In this document: in pieces, positions 24,720 to 38,379 of the stretch
Layout: every line of letters starts with the position of its first letter
Position numbering within the stretch: the first letter of the stretch is position 1
Source of the DNA: Lepidodermella squamata
Taxonomy: Eukaryota > Animalia > Gastrotricha
Reading direction: 5' to 3'
Assembly: GCA_047495785.1 (NCBI GenBank)
Contig: JBLDXI010000042.1
Coordinates: 4,154,001 to 4,218,000 of the forward strand
DNA: 64,000 nucleotides
Position numbers and translations under genes: made by a program
The notes under the pieces: model-generated
What the model was told of the DNA's origin: nothing
What the model saw: only the letters and a program-made list of their open reading frames with translations
Database searches by the model: none

Positions 24720-26719
24720 CGCCACTGGCCAATTTTCGAAAAAAAGAGGAAGTCTTGCCTTTCTAAGCTAAAACTGAGGAAAAATCGCGAATTAATCAAA
24801 AAATAATATTGAAGGGAAATGTATAGCGAAGGAAAATTTATAGGTAATTTTTTAAATTAAGGGTTGAACAATTAAAAAATTAAGGAAAATTAAGGAAAAT
24901 TCTAAGAAATAAATCGTAAAAATCGCAAATTATTGAATTATTAAAAAATTATCCCTTTAATATTTCGATTTATGAGAGTCACTTTAGAATAATTTAGCAA
25001 ATTTCCGAGATAGCCCCAATGTCCCGAATCTAGGTCATGGCTCATACATGCACAATTTTAGAATTTAAAGTAATAAAAACGCGATTTTGAAATTTTTTGG
25101 AATGGGGTCAAATTTGGTGGAAACTTTTTTGGTACGTTAGTGTTCGCCGGACAATAGCGCCGGAGTTGGCAGCGAAAACAAGTGACATGTTCATACGCCA
25201 TGAGGGGGTGGGTGGGCAGCTGGTCTATAAGGGGCATAAATTAGCGAAAAATGTAGCCGCACCTTATCTCAGGTATGGCGCGCGTCGCAAAAATGTGCGC
25301 GGTGGCGATGGAAAAAGCGAACGCGTAAACAAATAACAGGAATTTGTGCTGTATATATGTTGACAAATAAAGCGCCGTGTTTTTCGGCGCAGCCCCAACT
25401 CCGGCGCCACCTAATAAAACCGAGAGAGAGCTAAATTCGCGATATATTGCAGTCGGTGGTAATTAGATATAATTATTATCCGCACGCAGGTTGTTTACTG
25501 CGACCGTCGTCGCACACCGTGCGCTCGGGCTGGGAATAGCTGCTGGCTACTCACGCGGTGCAATCAGAGGTCGCTCTCGATAACGCGAGTCGATATAGAG
25601 CGCGCGCTTTTATGAGGCGACGCGCGCGCCCGGTTATCGCCTCGCCTCGCTTTAATAATGAGCGTCTCCGATGCTGCGCGCTTTATCTCAAGGCGAGATA
25701 GCGCGCCCATAAACACGCCCGGCCGGATACGCGCAGGCCTCTTACCGCCACCCACTACTATACTACTTATATGCGCGGGCCGCCTCAACAGGGCTCGACT
25801 TAATAGGGTGACCAATGGCCGGCGAAATAAAGGCGGGCAACAAGTTGTTTCGAGTGGCGTGAGAGCCGCCTGCAACGTCACGCGTTTCGAGGTCGAGCCG
25901 GGTGAACCTTGCTGCGAGTCGTAAAAACGCAATAATTCACGGGCTTTGTTTACGGCGCCACGTCACGCGCTAATGAGCCGCGTTACCGGTGTTTCGCGCA
26001 CATCGTTATTTTCCTCGGTGATAATTAGCCGAGTTGATGTGTTTACACCCGTGCGATTGCGATTGCGGTTATTAGTATCGATCGATTATACGCGCCCACT
26101 CGCTCTGACCGTTTCAAATCGAGGGCAACCGGCTGGAGTGAATGGCCTGATAGCCATCAGACGAGCCGCAATCAACTCGTAAAAAAATTCCCATTTATAC
26201 CAACTTAAAATCAGCGTTTATTTTTTCCATTTGAAAAATATGAGAAAAATTAAAGCAAAATAAAAAATGAAAAATAAAATGCCATTGGTGCCGCAAATCG
26301 ATGTTTCTCAGATCAGCCCTAGAAAATTCCTATCTCAAATCAGAAAAATTTGCTACGTATGTAATATTTTTACTTCTTTACAGAAATCACTTGCGTTTTT
26401 GAAATTGGGAAAAAGAAAAATAAGGCGCATTAGGCAATTTAAATCGCCAATGAGAATGAAAAATCCGGACAAATTCAAGTAACGAGTTTGGACAAGTGTA
26501 ACGAGGTAAAATACCAAAATTAACGGGCAAGTATCCTTTAGATATTTCTTCCTAAAAGAAAGATAAATTGGTGAGAAATCATTATGTCTCAGGATGCCTC
26601 TCAGAGATGGACGAGAGTTATGAAGGATAAGTAGGCCCATTTTCTTTTACATTTTCATTATGTTCAAAACAATTTTAACTAGCGATGTTGGTCACGTGCA
26701 TTCATTTTTTATTTACTTG

Positions 26720-26870
26720 GGCAGACCGTCATAACTCATAACAGCAAACGCGACAAACAGCAATTTTTTCAACTTGCGACATAACAGCAGAAACACGATG
26801 CATCTTTTACATATTAATTTTTTGCTGTTTTGTCGCATACGCTGTTTCGTGAAGTTGCTGTTTTGTCGCA
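26720..26870. repeat. Dispersed repeat, likely a MITE end; second copy at 46730-46856
   Basis: GGCAGACCGTCATAAC...ACAGCAAACGCGACAAA...TTCAACTTGCGACATAACAGCAG...ACACGATGC is shared by both sites. Confidence 0.75.
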
Positions 26871-27398
26871 GTACCTTTACTTGTTTCCAATGCCGCTTCG
26901 GTTCTGTGCTATTTGCGCAAACGAGAATTGCGCAACGAAAAAATAGCAAGGGCATAGGAGCGAAACGACAAAATAGCAAATTCAATAATTAATTTCTATG
27001 CGAAAATTGTAATAATTTCTTTGATTTGCACTTCTCTTGTTTCGCGAATTTTGTTGCGCGAATTTTCCCGCTCTAATTACTGCAGTAAATGATAATAGGT
27101 ACTTGACAAATTAATTTGCCATTTTGCCGTTTTGCTCCAAAGTCCCTGCTCTTTCATTGCGCAATTTTCGTTTGCGAAACTAGCGTAAACCCGATTTTCT
27201 TCATTTTTTCTCATATGTCTTACGAAACAATAAGTCAATCATCATCTCATCTTTCTCTTCCCGGCGATTATTTTTATTTTTCAGTTCAAGGCACAGTATA
27301 GCTAGGCAACGCAGGTAAAGAGGTCATTCGCTCTTCTCGGCATTTGTTAAGGATCAAATAATCGCCTCATCCACCCTTTGAGGAAACAGCTTACCAGT

Positions 27399-27673
27399 TC
27401 ATAAGCATATAGAATAACGCTTAGTTTGGCTGTCGCAAGGCCTGGCCACGCCAACGCCGCCAATCGCACCACGCGCGGCCTCCTCGGCGACTTGCTCCTC
27501 GATGGCTTCACGGCTAACTTCCAGTATAGCTCCAGCCTCGGCTCCACCTTCCGCATCGAACCCAAAATAATCCGGGTGGCCTACGATCAAAATAATAAGT
27601 AAAAGATAAGAGAAAGAAAAATGCATGGAATTTTACTTACCAATAGGGCGAAAATTACTGCGACCTTCAGCAT
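27399..27673 (-). pseudogene. EAxR peptide precursor paralog E, frameshifted
   Basis: Exon 1 MLKVAVIFALL (27673-27641). Exon 2 aligns with the 28503-28763 gene but has an indel near 27555. The homologous frame reads ...EVSREAIEEQVAEEAAR-GAIGGVGVARPCDSQTKRYSICL*. Confidence 0.7.
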
Positions 27674-28502
27674 TTTCGGTCGTTTCTTGAAGATGATAAG
27701 TGCAAGTTTGAGTTTTTCACGAAGAACAAAATTGCACGAATGAAAAGGAGCTATTCGACGTGGACTCATCTTGCTGACTTCCACCAGGCTATCGATTACT
27801 TGTAGGCAGGTGGATCTTTCTTGCGTCAATCATCGTGACATCAACCGGTGATCAACACTATCGTATGTAGATTGCCCGCTATAACTGTTTGATCAGCCGG
27901 ATGATGAGCTCATAGAATGGGAGAGGGGTCTCTGTTTCCATCTCATTATCTAGGTAAATTCTCTTGGCACTCATTCAATTTTTCCCAACCTGCAGTTGAT
28001 ATCTTTGAAAAAATAAAAAAATTCAAAACAAACTCGCATTGAATTCGTGAACATTCGAAATTTCAAAATTTGCAATACTTACTTTTGAAATGTTAATTTG
28101 CGAAAAAAAATTTCACTTGCTCGATATCTACTGTAATTTCTGAATTTTTTCGCATTTTTAATTTACCTCACGCCATATGGATTTTCTGTTGTAGAATTCC
28201 GAAACCATGTATATTTATTGAAAAAGTCATACCCATGGTGCTATCTTGGATACCGGAGCTGCCAGGGATGGAAAAAACCTTTACCTCGCTTTATTACCTA
28301 CCTTTTCAACAGGACAGAAATGTCCTCAATACCGCGCAAAACTGCGAATAGTTATGCAAGTTAACTTTTTATATTACTAGCTTCTCGAGTTTTGCGATTT
28401 CTATTCTTCTCTTTTATTATAATTATTCATCTCGAGGCAACACTTCAACCCTTTTTATAATCGACCTGAGCTCAACATCCAACCTTGCCGCGGCTGTATG
28501 AG

Positions 28503-28763
28503 TTAACCTTGAACGCATCCTTTTCCGGGTTTCCAGTGCGCTAGCGAGCCGCATCTCCTGTCGCGTGCAGCCTCCTCTGCGACTTGCTCCTCGTTGGCTT
28601 CACGGCTCACCGCCTGTAAAGATTCAGCTCCAGCCTCGGCTCCACTTTCTGTTGAACCCAAAATGACCAAGGTGGCCTGCATTTAATTTGATGAAGTAGT
28701 GCAAGTAAGAGAATGAAAAAATGTTCTTACCAAAAGTGCGAAAATGACTGCAACCTTCAGCAT
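28503..28763 (-). CDS. EAxR peptide precursor D, 68 aa, one mature peptide
   Basis: Exons 28763-28731 and 28676-28503: MLKVAVIFALLATLVILGS-TESGAEAGAESLQAVSREANEEQVAEEAAR-DRRCGSLAHWKPGKGCVQG*. AATAAA about 90 nt downstream. Confidence 0.82.
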
Positions 28764-30282
28764 TTTGGTATTTATGTAAAAGTGACAAGTGCAAGTTGGA
28801 AATAATTCGAGTTTTGATGAGGAAAAATTTGCACGAATGAAAAAGATCACCGGGTCAGCGATTCGACGAGAACTCATCCTGCTGATCAAACACATAATGA
28901 CTAACTTGCGCCAGGCTATGGATTCCTTATTGGCGGGTGGGTTCTCTCTTGCGTTCACTACGTGGCGTCAAAGCGTTGTCAACTTGTACGTGAAGATTTT
29001 ACGTGAAATTGCCCGCTAGCTGTTTGGTCAGCCGGATGATGAGTTCATAGAATTTTACTAACCTGCACTTAACATATTTGCGAAAAGCGAAAAGAACAAA
29101 ATTCTGAATTCACATAAACACTTTTTCCAATCGCACTTAACCACAGTAATACTTGTGGTTGTGACTTGTTTTCTTCATTCATTTAATTTCATATGCAACG
29201 TGTGCTATGAAGTTTTGTTGTTCAGTTCAAGAGGCTGAGTTTATCAAAATAAAATGGAAACAGTTGTAGCAAAGTGCATTTTTATGAAGATGAAAGAGCT
29301 TGAACATGATAATCGTCGCCGATTCGATACCCTCAATAATGCATTAGCAAATTCAGAATGACAGTATCGAACATTCAAGAAACCATGCGCTAGTTTCTCT
29401 TGAGTTTCTTTTCAGGTTTTCAAGAGACGAATCCTCCAAAATAACGAATCATGCGATCTAATCCTTCTCCAGGCAGTGAAGTTACTGCTTGGTCGCTTGT
29501 AAGCCGGCTTCACGGATGAAACGACTAAGTTCAGTCGGAAGCCTTTAAAGACACGGATCCTCCGAAGCGGATGGCACTGGCTAATGAGCTGCTAGCAGCA
29601 AAAAGCGTCGCAGCAGCAGCAGCTTTTGAGTACATACCTGTTTCCTTTTGTTGCTCATTGCAGCAGAGGCGGCAACGCGACGGAAAATAAAAAGCTTTGT
29701 AGACCTGCGCTACCGCCGCACGCAGCCAGCTTGAGTATACCCACGACGTTTTGGCGCCGATGCAAAAAGCGCGCCTCTTCTTCATTTTTCTTCGTCATCT
29801 TTTCTTCGGGTTCTTGCTCACCGTTGACTCATCTTAATACTTAATAATCGTTGCTGCATAATAGCCAGCAGAATAACAAACAAAGCTCATAATAACAAAG
29901 TCACTGCCTGGTCGCGTGCAAGCCGTGCCAACTTGTTGGCGACGGTGCTGGCTTCGTTAAACAACGGAAAAAACGCAACACACGCATATCGTTAGGTGGG
30001 CTACAGTATGACCTGCCTAAAATAGAAAGAAATAGCTTAATGCTTTTGATGCGTAGAATAAACTGACGCTCAGTTATTCCGGCAAGCGACTGACTAAGCG
30101 AAGAACTATTGGACGCTGCTGGCCGAAGTAATCGGGCCTGTTATTAAAATTTATATCTGCTATTCAAATCACTGTATAGCCAGCATTTCATTCAGCCAGT
30201 CGTGAAACTTCGCTTTCGTTGGATCCTGCGAAAATATATTATGTTATCCGGATTTGATTATTGTTTACGCCGGATAACAACC

Positions 30283-30427
30283 ATATCCGGCGGTGTCATC
30301 GGTGGACAGCAATGAATATTCGTCCTTCAGGCCACTATTCCGGCCCTCGGCTACGCCTCGGGCCTACATAGCAAGCCTTCAGGCCGATATCCATCGTGCT
30401 ATCCACCTATGATATCCACCCGGATAT
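30283..30427. mobile_element. Imperfect palindromic element resembling non-autonomous Crypton-type repeats
   Basis: ATATCCGG...TCATCGGTGGACAGCA mirrors TGCTATCCACCTATGA...CCGGATAT around a central GGCCCTCGGCTACGCCTCGGGCC. Confidence 0.55.
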
Positions 30428-30661
30428 TGTATAAAATGTAGGTGAAATCGGTTTTAACGCTTTATTGAATATTTGCATTGACTAAGCGAAAATTTAGCTG
30501 AGCATTAACGATTGAACTTTTTTCACAGCACCAACAGATTATTCAAGTTCAAGCATCTTCAGTTTTTGAAACTTATAAAAATAAAAAAGGACCATAGGCA
30601 TCACATGACCATGGGGATTGGAAGTCGCTAATGTTTCTGTGTCAGTTATGCTGCTACAACG

Positions 30662-31914
30662 TTAATTATTGCGTCTGGTTTGTTGTTGTGATGCAATTGG
30701 CACCTGATGAGGATGTGCTCCGGTGATGCTGATTAGCTTTTCGAATGTCATTTCACTGCCCAATAGTTCGGCGATCGGCCCTTCAGATCCTGGACCGAAG
30801 TAGTAGATTTTATTAGACGCCGCCGCTGTGCTATTACTTTTCCCCATTAGTTCGCGACCATAGTACGTTCGAATCGACCGAGCCATGTTGGCATAATTCA
30901 TCTTTGGTTTCGCCTTGTATTCCCCTAAAATTCCGTAATTAATAAGGTTTGGCTATTCCTTGAATATGACGAACACACACCCCATAAACGAGCCACGGCT
31001 TCCGGCTCGGCAATATTGAACTGCCAAGGTTCGTCGCCAGTCCAGTGGATAAGCAACTCGTATTGTTCCGGGTCGATCAGCAGTTGAAGCAGAAATTGCC
31101 TAATAGAATGCGGCATTGAAGCTTCTGGGAAAATGAATACTCTAGACTAGAAAGCTTACCATAGCCATAAGATTTGACCGGGCGGCTTTTGAATTTGGAT
31201 TCGGCGTTTCACGGGTAACGGAACTGGCTCATCGCAGGGTGCTGGAATTGTTTGCACGACTTCATTCGGCTACAAACAACAAAATAAGAATCTTACAACT
31301 TCTGTGTAATCTTCATAATACCATCACGTAGAAAGGATTGACGATGAAGCCCTCGCGTTCTAGCTCGTTTTCAAATTCCATCCAAGGATAGGCTACTTGG
31401 CTTAGTTCCGGTTCAACAACCACATAGGAGCCGTCGATCAGGGATACTTGATGGTAGACAGGTGCTGGCATCGGCCAAGATTGAGGCGCTTGCCAATCAA
31501 CGGGTTGCTGGTAACCGACCGCGTTCATGGAAGTCATCGCAGAATCGTAGGATTGTGTTTGATGTACTGTGGGATAGTTGTAGACTCGTTTATCTAATAA
31601 CACAGAACAAAATTAGCTTCCAACGGAAAATTATGGCGGCGCTATGCATCCTAAAAACTATCACCTATCAAAAGCTTACGCTTACCGAATCCGCTTTCTG
31701 TTGCCGAATGGCATGTCATCTTTTGCGGACAGTTATTGATACCGCCATCTGCCATGACGCTGCCCATATGAGAAATTGGAATAGGATTGTCTTCAAAGCA
31801 ATCGTCATCTTCAGGATCGATATCCAATGGAATGCCATTTCCAGTGCAAAACCCGATGTCGTCTTCGCTGATTGATAGAGACAAAAGCCAATCTGCGCAG
31901 TTGTCGACTGCCAT
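30662..31914 (-). CDS. Divergent ETS-domain transcription factor
   Basis: Five exons. IRQFLLQLLIDP...IHWTG...F.IAEPEAVARLWG splices to EYKAKPKMNYANMARSIRTYY, matching the ETS winged-helix consensus with both recognition-helix arginines. Confidence 0.88.
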
Positions 31915-33994
31915 CGACGTTTGTTATAGTAGTGAAACTTATTCAGCAGTTGTTTCCAGCTTTTGCTAAAGGTTCATAATGAAGGGAAGTGAGCGGTTTG
32001 AGGTGACTTAAATACCCGCGCGCACCCACAGCAATGGCGTGACCGCCCGAGATTTTATGAATGGAATGATGCATTTTGACGGCGTAAATGTCGCCGTACA
32101 ATGCAGTTTTAGCTTTAATTGCCGCCAAAATCGTTTCGTGTCTCGTTCCTACAATGAAAAAACAACTTCATTCGTAATTTCAAGCGTGTTGAATCAAGAA
32201 AAAACAGCGGCTAGGAAGCGGTATTGTGATAAAAAACAATGCAAATATTAAAGATCTCAAAGTCGAGAAAAATAGCCGTGTGGTGTGTGGGTGTGAATCA
32301 TAAAATATAGGTGCTAAAATGAGCCAATGGTTTTTCTGAGGCTGCTACAAATTAGCAGCTGAGGCGTACATCAGCTTTTGCTCTTGTCGGGAAAACAAAC
32401 AACTCGTGAAGTCTAAAAAATGCCGCTTATAGTATTATGAGGGAAATTTTTAGAAATTTTAGTTTGAGGAGTGTTTGTTGTTTTTCACAAGAGTGGGCAG
32501 TGTAATCTGAGCTGCGCAGCTGCTAGAACTACGATTGCTACATGAATCTGAACTTGAACGATAGTAACATTTTCTGTCTCATTTTTTCAACTTATGCAAT
32601 AATCTATGCATTATCGAAGGGGCAGCAACATCGAACAGTCTGCTGAATTTGGAATTTCTAGCCAAATTCGCTGACACGTGTCCTATTCCTATCTCATGCC
32701 ACGTTTCGGGTGCCCTTTTGAATTTTTGTAAGAATTTTTTCTGTGGTTGTGACTAGCATTAATCATTCATTTTTACCACAACATGAAGACAACATGCGCT
32801 AGGTATGAGACTGAGTTTATTCTATAAAAATAAAACAAAAACAGCTGCAGCCAAAAACTGAAGATGAAAGTAACTGAAGATGAAAGAGCGTAAATTCTAA
32901 TATTTGCCAATTTGATACCTTCGAGGGTTTTAGTGAATTTTGTCGCTGATCGGTGCATTTCAGAATGAAATATCGAGCTCTGCTCCAGTTTCTCCAGTGC
33001 CTTTCCAGTGCTCCAGTTTCTCTTGAGTTCAACTTTTCTGAGTTTCAGAATACTCAAAATACTTGAGAAATTCGAAGCTTATTTGTGGTTGATTCAGGTA
33101 CGTTAAGACATTTGGCGTTAACCTTTGGCATTTCGAGACATAATTTAGCAATTTGAGTATTTCGCGTTTCTGAAGCATGAATCTGACTTTTGAAAGTTTT
33201 TTTGCATTTAAGGTATTGTTCAAGGTGCCACATACTGATCGCACGAAGATCGCCATTTTTAGTTGGAGAACGGTTGATTTGCTCCTTATGTCGCCTATCC
33301 GGTTGCAGCGAAACGGAATCTTCCGTCTGAACCCAAGGCTTCAGTACGCTATAAGGCATTGTGGAAGACATGGCAAACCAAATCCAAACGTATATTCTAA
33401 TTTCTAATAATGCTCAACGTGAAGCTCACTGTATGTCTAACGCAATGACGCGTAATGACACTGAGCCCTACGACATATCAGCAGAGGATATGGCAGGTCC
33501 GAGCGTAGGTCACCGTCAGCGGCCGGGCGTTTCCAGCATCTCTAATGATGTGGACAACTAGTACATATAGCCGTAAGCCAAAACCCGCGAATCTCTGTGG
33601 CCATCGCAGAAACCAACATCTGGCCCGTCTTCTCTCGGTAATCCGTAAGTTCAATTGATTGATTGCGATTGTGCAGGCTAGGATTCGGTTCTAGATCTTG
33701 TTATCCAAGATCTGAACTATAAACGGTCGATTTGACTTCATATTGAGACGAGCATTTCATTCAGCTTCGGTCTCATCAAGCGAATAAAACGGAAAAATTT
33801 TACCGGCCAGAGTCGCGATTGGTTTAGAAATGCCACCCACACGCGCTGCGGGAGGGTTTGAAATTGTCTATACCTGCACCTAACCCACAGTCGTTATCCC
33901 GCATCCGACCTTAATTTTATCAATAGGAGAAACGAGTCCCGCGCCCCGTTCTGATCCTGCACCTGCGTGATGAACCACGGGGAGATAGCAGACG

Positions 33995-34095
33995 ATATCC
34001 CGCAGCTGTCCCGCAGCCATCCTGCAGCTATTCCACAACTATCCCACAGCTATCCCACAGTTGTCCCGCTAGCTATCCCGCAGATGTCCCGGAGA
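33995..34095. repeat. Degenerate 11-bp minisatellite (CTATCCCRCAG), about 9 units
   Basis: atatcccgcag ctgtcccgcag ccatcctgcag ctattccacaa ctatcccacag ctatcccacag ttgtcccgctag ctatcccgcag atgtcccg. Confidence 0.8.
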
Positions 34096-35048
34096 AGCCG
34101 CAGGAGTACGGGAAAAGTTCGTCATTTAGTCTTATCCTTATCTAAAAGTCTTGAACTCACTTAGTCTGATTACAAATAGTAACTTTTCAAAATTGAGTTG
34201 CCAGTCGCCAGGTCCTCCATTCCGAGTTACAAACAGCTCGAAGAATTGTGCTTTGCGGCACTTGCTTGTCGTCTTTTGCCAGGATTTATGAAAAGATGAG
34301 AAACTTGAGCTTTCCCGCAAAATAACATGTTTATTAGCTTAATTTCACCGGTTGAATAATGACGATTCAAAGTCTTAAATAACCATAATCCTTCGATCCA
34401 GGTAAGCGCGCGGCATCAAACAGCGTCATGCCACTTGCGTGAAATGTAATTTTTGGCCCAGCACAATCGCAGGATGGTGTAAGGTGCTGTCCGAGTGGCT
34501 GGAGGCTGGATGAGGCAGGATCAAGTGCAGGCTTACAGCGCTGCTCAGCCCAATTCAAGCTTTTTGACTTCTCCGTAATTTCATGGCTTTAAGCCAATCC
34601 AACACTGTGCTAATAGACCGCTGCTAGGTAAGCGCTGGACCAAAAGTTGAATACGAACAAACTTTTGCGGATCTGTTCTGTATGCGAGGTATGTTCATCT
34701 CATTACTTGCAAAAATATGCACCTTGCCAAACCACTGGGAAGCGCATCGAGCTCTCAATCAGCGGCCTTGTATCAGGGACTCTTCGGCATCTCACGGATC
34801 GCAATGCTTTTGGATTCTAAAATACTGCATTGACTACAGCGGTTACAATCATAACGAATTGGAAAATGAGTGCAGTTTTCCCTAAGAGTCTGATCTGATC
34901 GATCGAGGCACGTGTGAAATAATACGGAAGGCGTGGAATAAAAAAAATGAAAAAATCAATAAAAAGTCAATGGCTTCGAAATTCACCAAGCAATCAAATT
35001 TCCAACAGGCACAGAGCTTTCTCTTATGCTTTTTATAACAAACATTCA

Positions 35049-36692
35049 ATGGTGACATCAATCGTTCCTACAATTTTAGTTTTAATTCTGGCTTTCTGCG
35101 CTAGCCATTGCTCTAACCTACTACCCCAGCTCAATCTACCACCTTCTCATATTGAAAGGCTGGTGTCGTCAAACGAAACTCTTCGAAAGCTCTGTCTCAG
35201 CGAGGGTTCAAACTGCACGAAATGTTGGGGCTTTGAACGCTCATGCCCACCCGCGCAGTTGGCAGCATCAAAACAGCAGGCCTCTTGCGAAAACCCCGAA
35301 GATCTCGACAAGTTCTGGGAGATTGCCGATTTTGGTTACATTGCGAAGCACAAATCTTCCTGGGTGGAATATTGCAAGCCCCACGATCAAGCTAAGCCTG
35401 GCCAGTCCAACCTCATCTGCAACGAGTGGTTACAATTTTGCATGGCCAAGAATATCGCGATCGATTTCCGGAAACTCCCAGAGTTAAAGACAAGTCGTAG
35501 GCAGTATCGGACTGATTTCGTGACTGAAAAGGGCGTTATTCAAGGTAACTGCAATCTCAAATGGGACGATTTCCAACTCCGCCTGAGGAATTACGATGTT
35601 TTCTTGTCAACATGGGCCCACGAAATGCAGCACTTCACAGCAATGGATGAGCCAGTGTTCGACGAGCAGGATCCTCCGGAAGATTGCGATTTGGTGATCA
35701 ACCGCCCAGCTTTCATTGTCAAGCTGGATGCTGGCAGCAATTTGTACCACCATTTCTGCGACTTCATCAACATCTACGCCACGCAACATATGATAGGACT
35801 GTTTGATATGGACATCCAAATCATCAATTGGCACACCTCTGTCGAGCCTTATTACGAGTAATTTTCTAACTGATATCGATGTTTTGTAAACCCTTTGATT
35901 CAGCTTGTTCTCGTCAGCATGGTCAGCATTTTCTTGGCACAAACCGATTGAAATCAGTGAGTTGGCGACGAAACGGGTCTGCTTTCGGCAGGCCTATTTC
36001 CCTCTCCTGGCCAGACTCCCTAACGGTCTCTTCTTCAACATGAAATTCCCGAGAAACTGCGAACGATCGTCCTTATTCAAAGCCTTCCACGAAATGCTGA
36101 TTCATCGCTATAATCAGACGCAATTCGGCCCATTGCGAGACAAAATTCGCGTAACTTTCCTGAATAGGAATGTTCGAGTTCGGAACATTGCGAATCCAGT
36201 GGAACTGATCCAGGCTGCGCGGGAGATACCTGGTATCGAAGTTCAGGAGGTGGTCTTTGACAGTAAGGTGCCATTTCTAAGCCAAGTGAATCGCTCATTC
36301 AATACGGATATCTTCATTGGGATGCACGGGGCTGGTCTTACGCACTGTCTATTCTTACCAGGTACGAAATGCAAGACTTAGATTCCGGATTTCAAATTCA
36401 CTCTTTTTCAGATTGGGCAGTTTTGTTCGAGCTACATAACTGTGGTGAAGTGGATTGTTACCTGGACCTTGCTCACCTGCGCGGTGTTCACTACATGACA
36501 TGGGAGAAGGCGGACTTAGTGAAATCTTATGATGGCTCGCAACCTGGAGCTAAGGAAGGCTGCGGCAGGGATGATTACAGTTGCGAATTCGATGCAACTG
36601 AATTCAAGCGATTAGTCGAAAAAGCGGCCGACTACGTCCGCTCGCATCCGGTATATCGAGAAGCTCTGAGAACTGGGAAAGATGAACTGTAA
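35049..36692 (+). CDS. EOGT: EGF domain-specific O-linked N-acetylglucosamine transferase (GT61)
   Basis: Three exons. Signal peptide, CWGFERSC, FWEIADFGY, KLDAGSNLYHHFCDFINIY, IGMHGAGLTH, DWAVLFELHNC, CYLDLAHLRG and C-terminal KDEL. Confidence 0.95.
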
Positions 36693-38379
36693 TGATGAAA
36701 AACTGAATTCATGAATTGCGTTAATAAATTAATAATTCAGAGAGAATAATAGAAAATTGTGTTCTGATGGGTACATAGTTTTTATGGTTACATCAAGGCC
36801 AGGCTCACATTTTCCAGACTATTTAAGAAATCCAAAGAAACAATACAATTTTTTAGACGTTTTGTCCTCAGTTTAGCTAGTTTTCGAAACAGAAGTGTCT
36901 TTTTGCAAGTGACAAATTAGCAATTAAAAAGAAGGCTTAAAATTGAATTGAAAACACCGCGCGTTCGAAGTTGAAGCTGTCTTAAATTAGAGTTGGCAGG
37001 GCAACATATTAGGGCACACGATGGCCGATTAATTATCACTGTGTAACCACTGATAACATTTTTGCTTTTTTTGTTGCTAAAAACATCACCGATCAGGTGG
37101 GTGGCCTCAAAAATTAGCTCAAATGTTACCACTTTCTCTCCTGATTTTATCACAAAAATGCTCTGAGAATATCACAACCAGCATAACATTGCCTAACCTT
37201 CTATAAATTCTCGGTAAAATTTGGTTGTATTTTGAAAATTTTCAATTTTTAAAGTGAAATTTACTCGGGAACATGACTCGGCACTTTTTCTTAAAATATG
37301 GCTATGATGGGCTATGATCCCGCAATTAATATAACATATTATGACCTTGGAAAAGCAAGAAGGGGCTCCCATCTCTCGTTCTAGGAATTCCAAAATTTTT
37401 AGGAACGCTACATTTGAACCAAAAAAACCGCTGGCGGCTCTAATCGAATCTCGCGCGTGCATTTTTTTTTCAGAGATACATTTTTGCATCCTATAGTTTA
37501 GATTGCGTGCGATGCTTTTTGCGAAGAGCCGGAACTGACGATATAGGCTCCGCCACTGCCCACGGTCGATTTCCTTCAATTTAGTTTCAAGAGACGCCTA
37601 CTTCAGACCTCTCAACTTGCTGTGGCTGCAACAAACGCGTGAAATGGTCAACAACTCCTACTTCGGCCATATCTCACATGCGATTTCTTATAGGAATTTT
37701 TTTGCTTATGGTCCATGTTCTAGATTCTCATTGTCTTATTTTAGCCTAGGTTGAATTGCTATAAATCCCATCGGCAATATCCCAGATGATTCATCGGGAC
37801 AAAGCCCACGTGTCTCGACGGATTAGCGTATCGATATTTTTATTATTTGACAAATTATTTCTGCATTTTTCCAATCTTGAAAATGCGCTTTCTTTCCAAC
37901 TCGAATATCCCAAAAAATTCAAGATTTAAATATTGACGGCACAATTATTAAAAATTGAGTCGTTGAAATAGCACTTAATCAGAGGAAAAACAGCCCGAAA
38001 AATGAAATGTTTTTTTTTCAGCATGTTGTCTCACAAATTGACGAACGCACTTGAGAAAAATATTACTACGCGACTTGTCGTTATGGCCTTGAGCATATGT
38101 CAAACCTCAATTAGGCAAATTGAATAATCATACATGGGCTGTGTATCGAAGTTTGCGAGACACCGTGAATCATAGCGCAAAAGCGGGCTGCAAAAATAGC
38201 AGTTTTTAAAGTCGAGATAATGCTATATCAATTGGCTCACTCCATATATTTTCGCTGATTAGATACCTGGATCAAGTGAGATAAAAATGAGAATTTCCAT
38301 TAAATTTTCTCTGCCTCGCTTGAAGAAATAAATTGGAGAGTTTTTAATGCACGGTTTTTCACTCTCATAGATTTCGTTT

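Noticed and set aside
29655-29830. Minus-strand ...KNEEEAR-FLHRRQNVVGILKL... near the peptide genes
   Set aside because: In-frame stop just upstream, no start or splice structure, and no two-Cys/Gly-stop pattern.
32773-33407. Several overlapping 70-105 aa ORFs
   Set aside because: No recognisable motif or splice structure; likely decayed repeat DNA.
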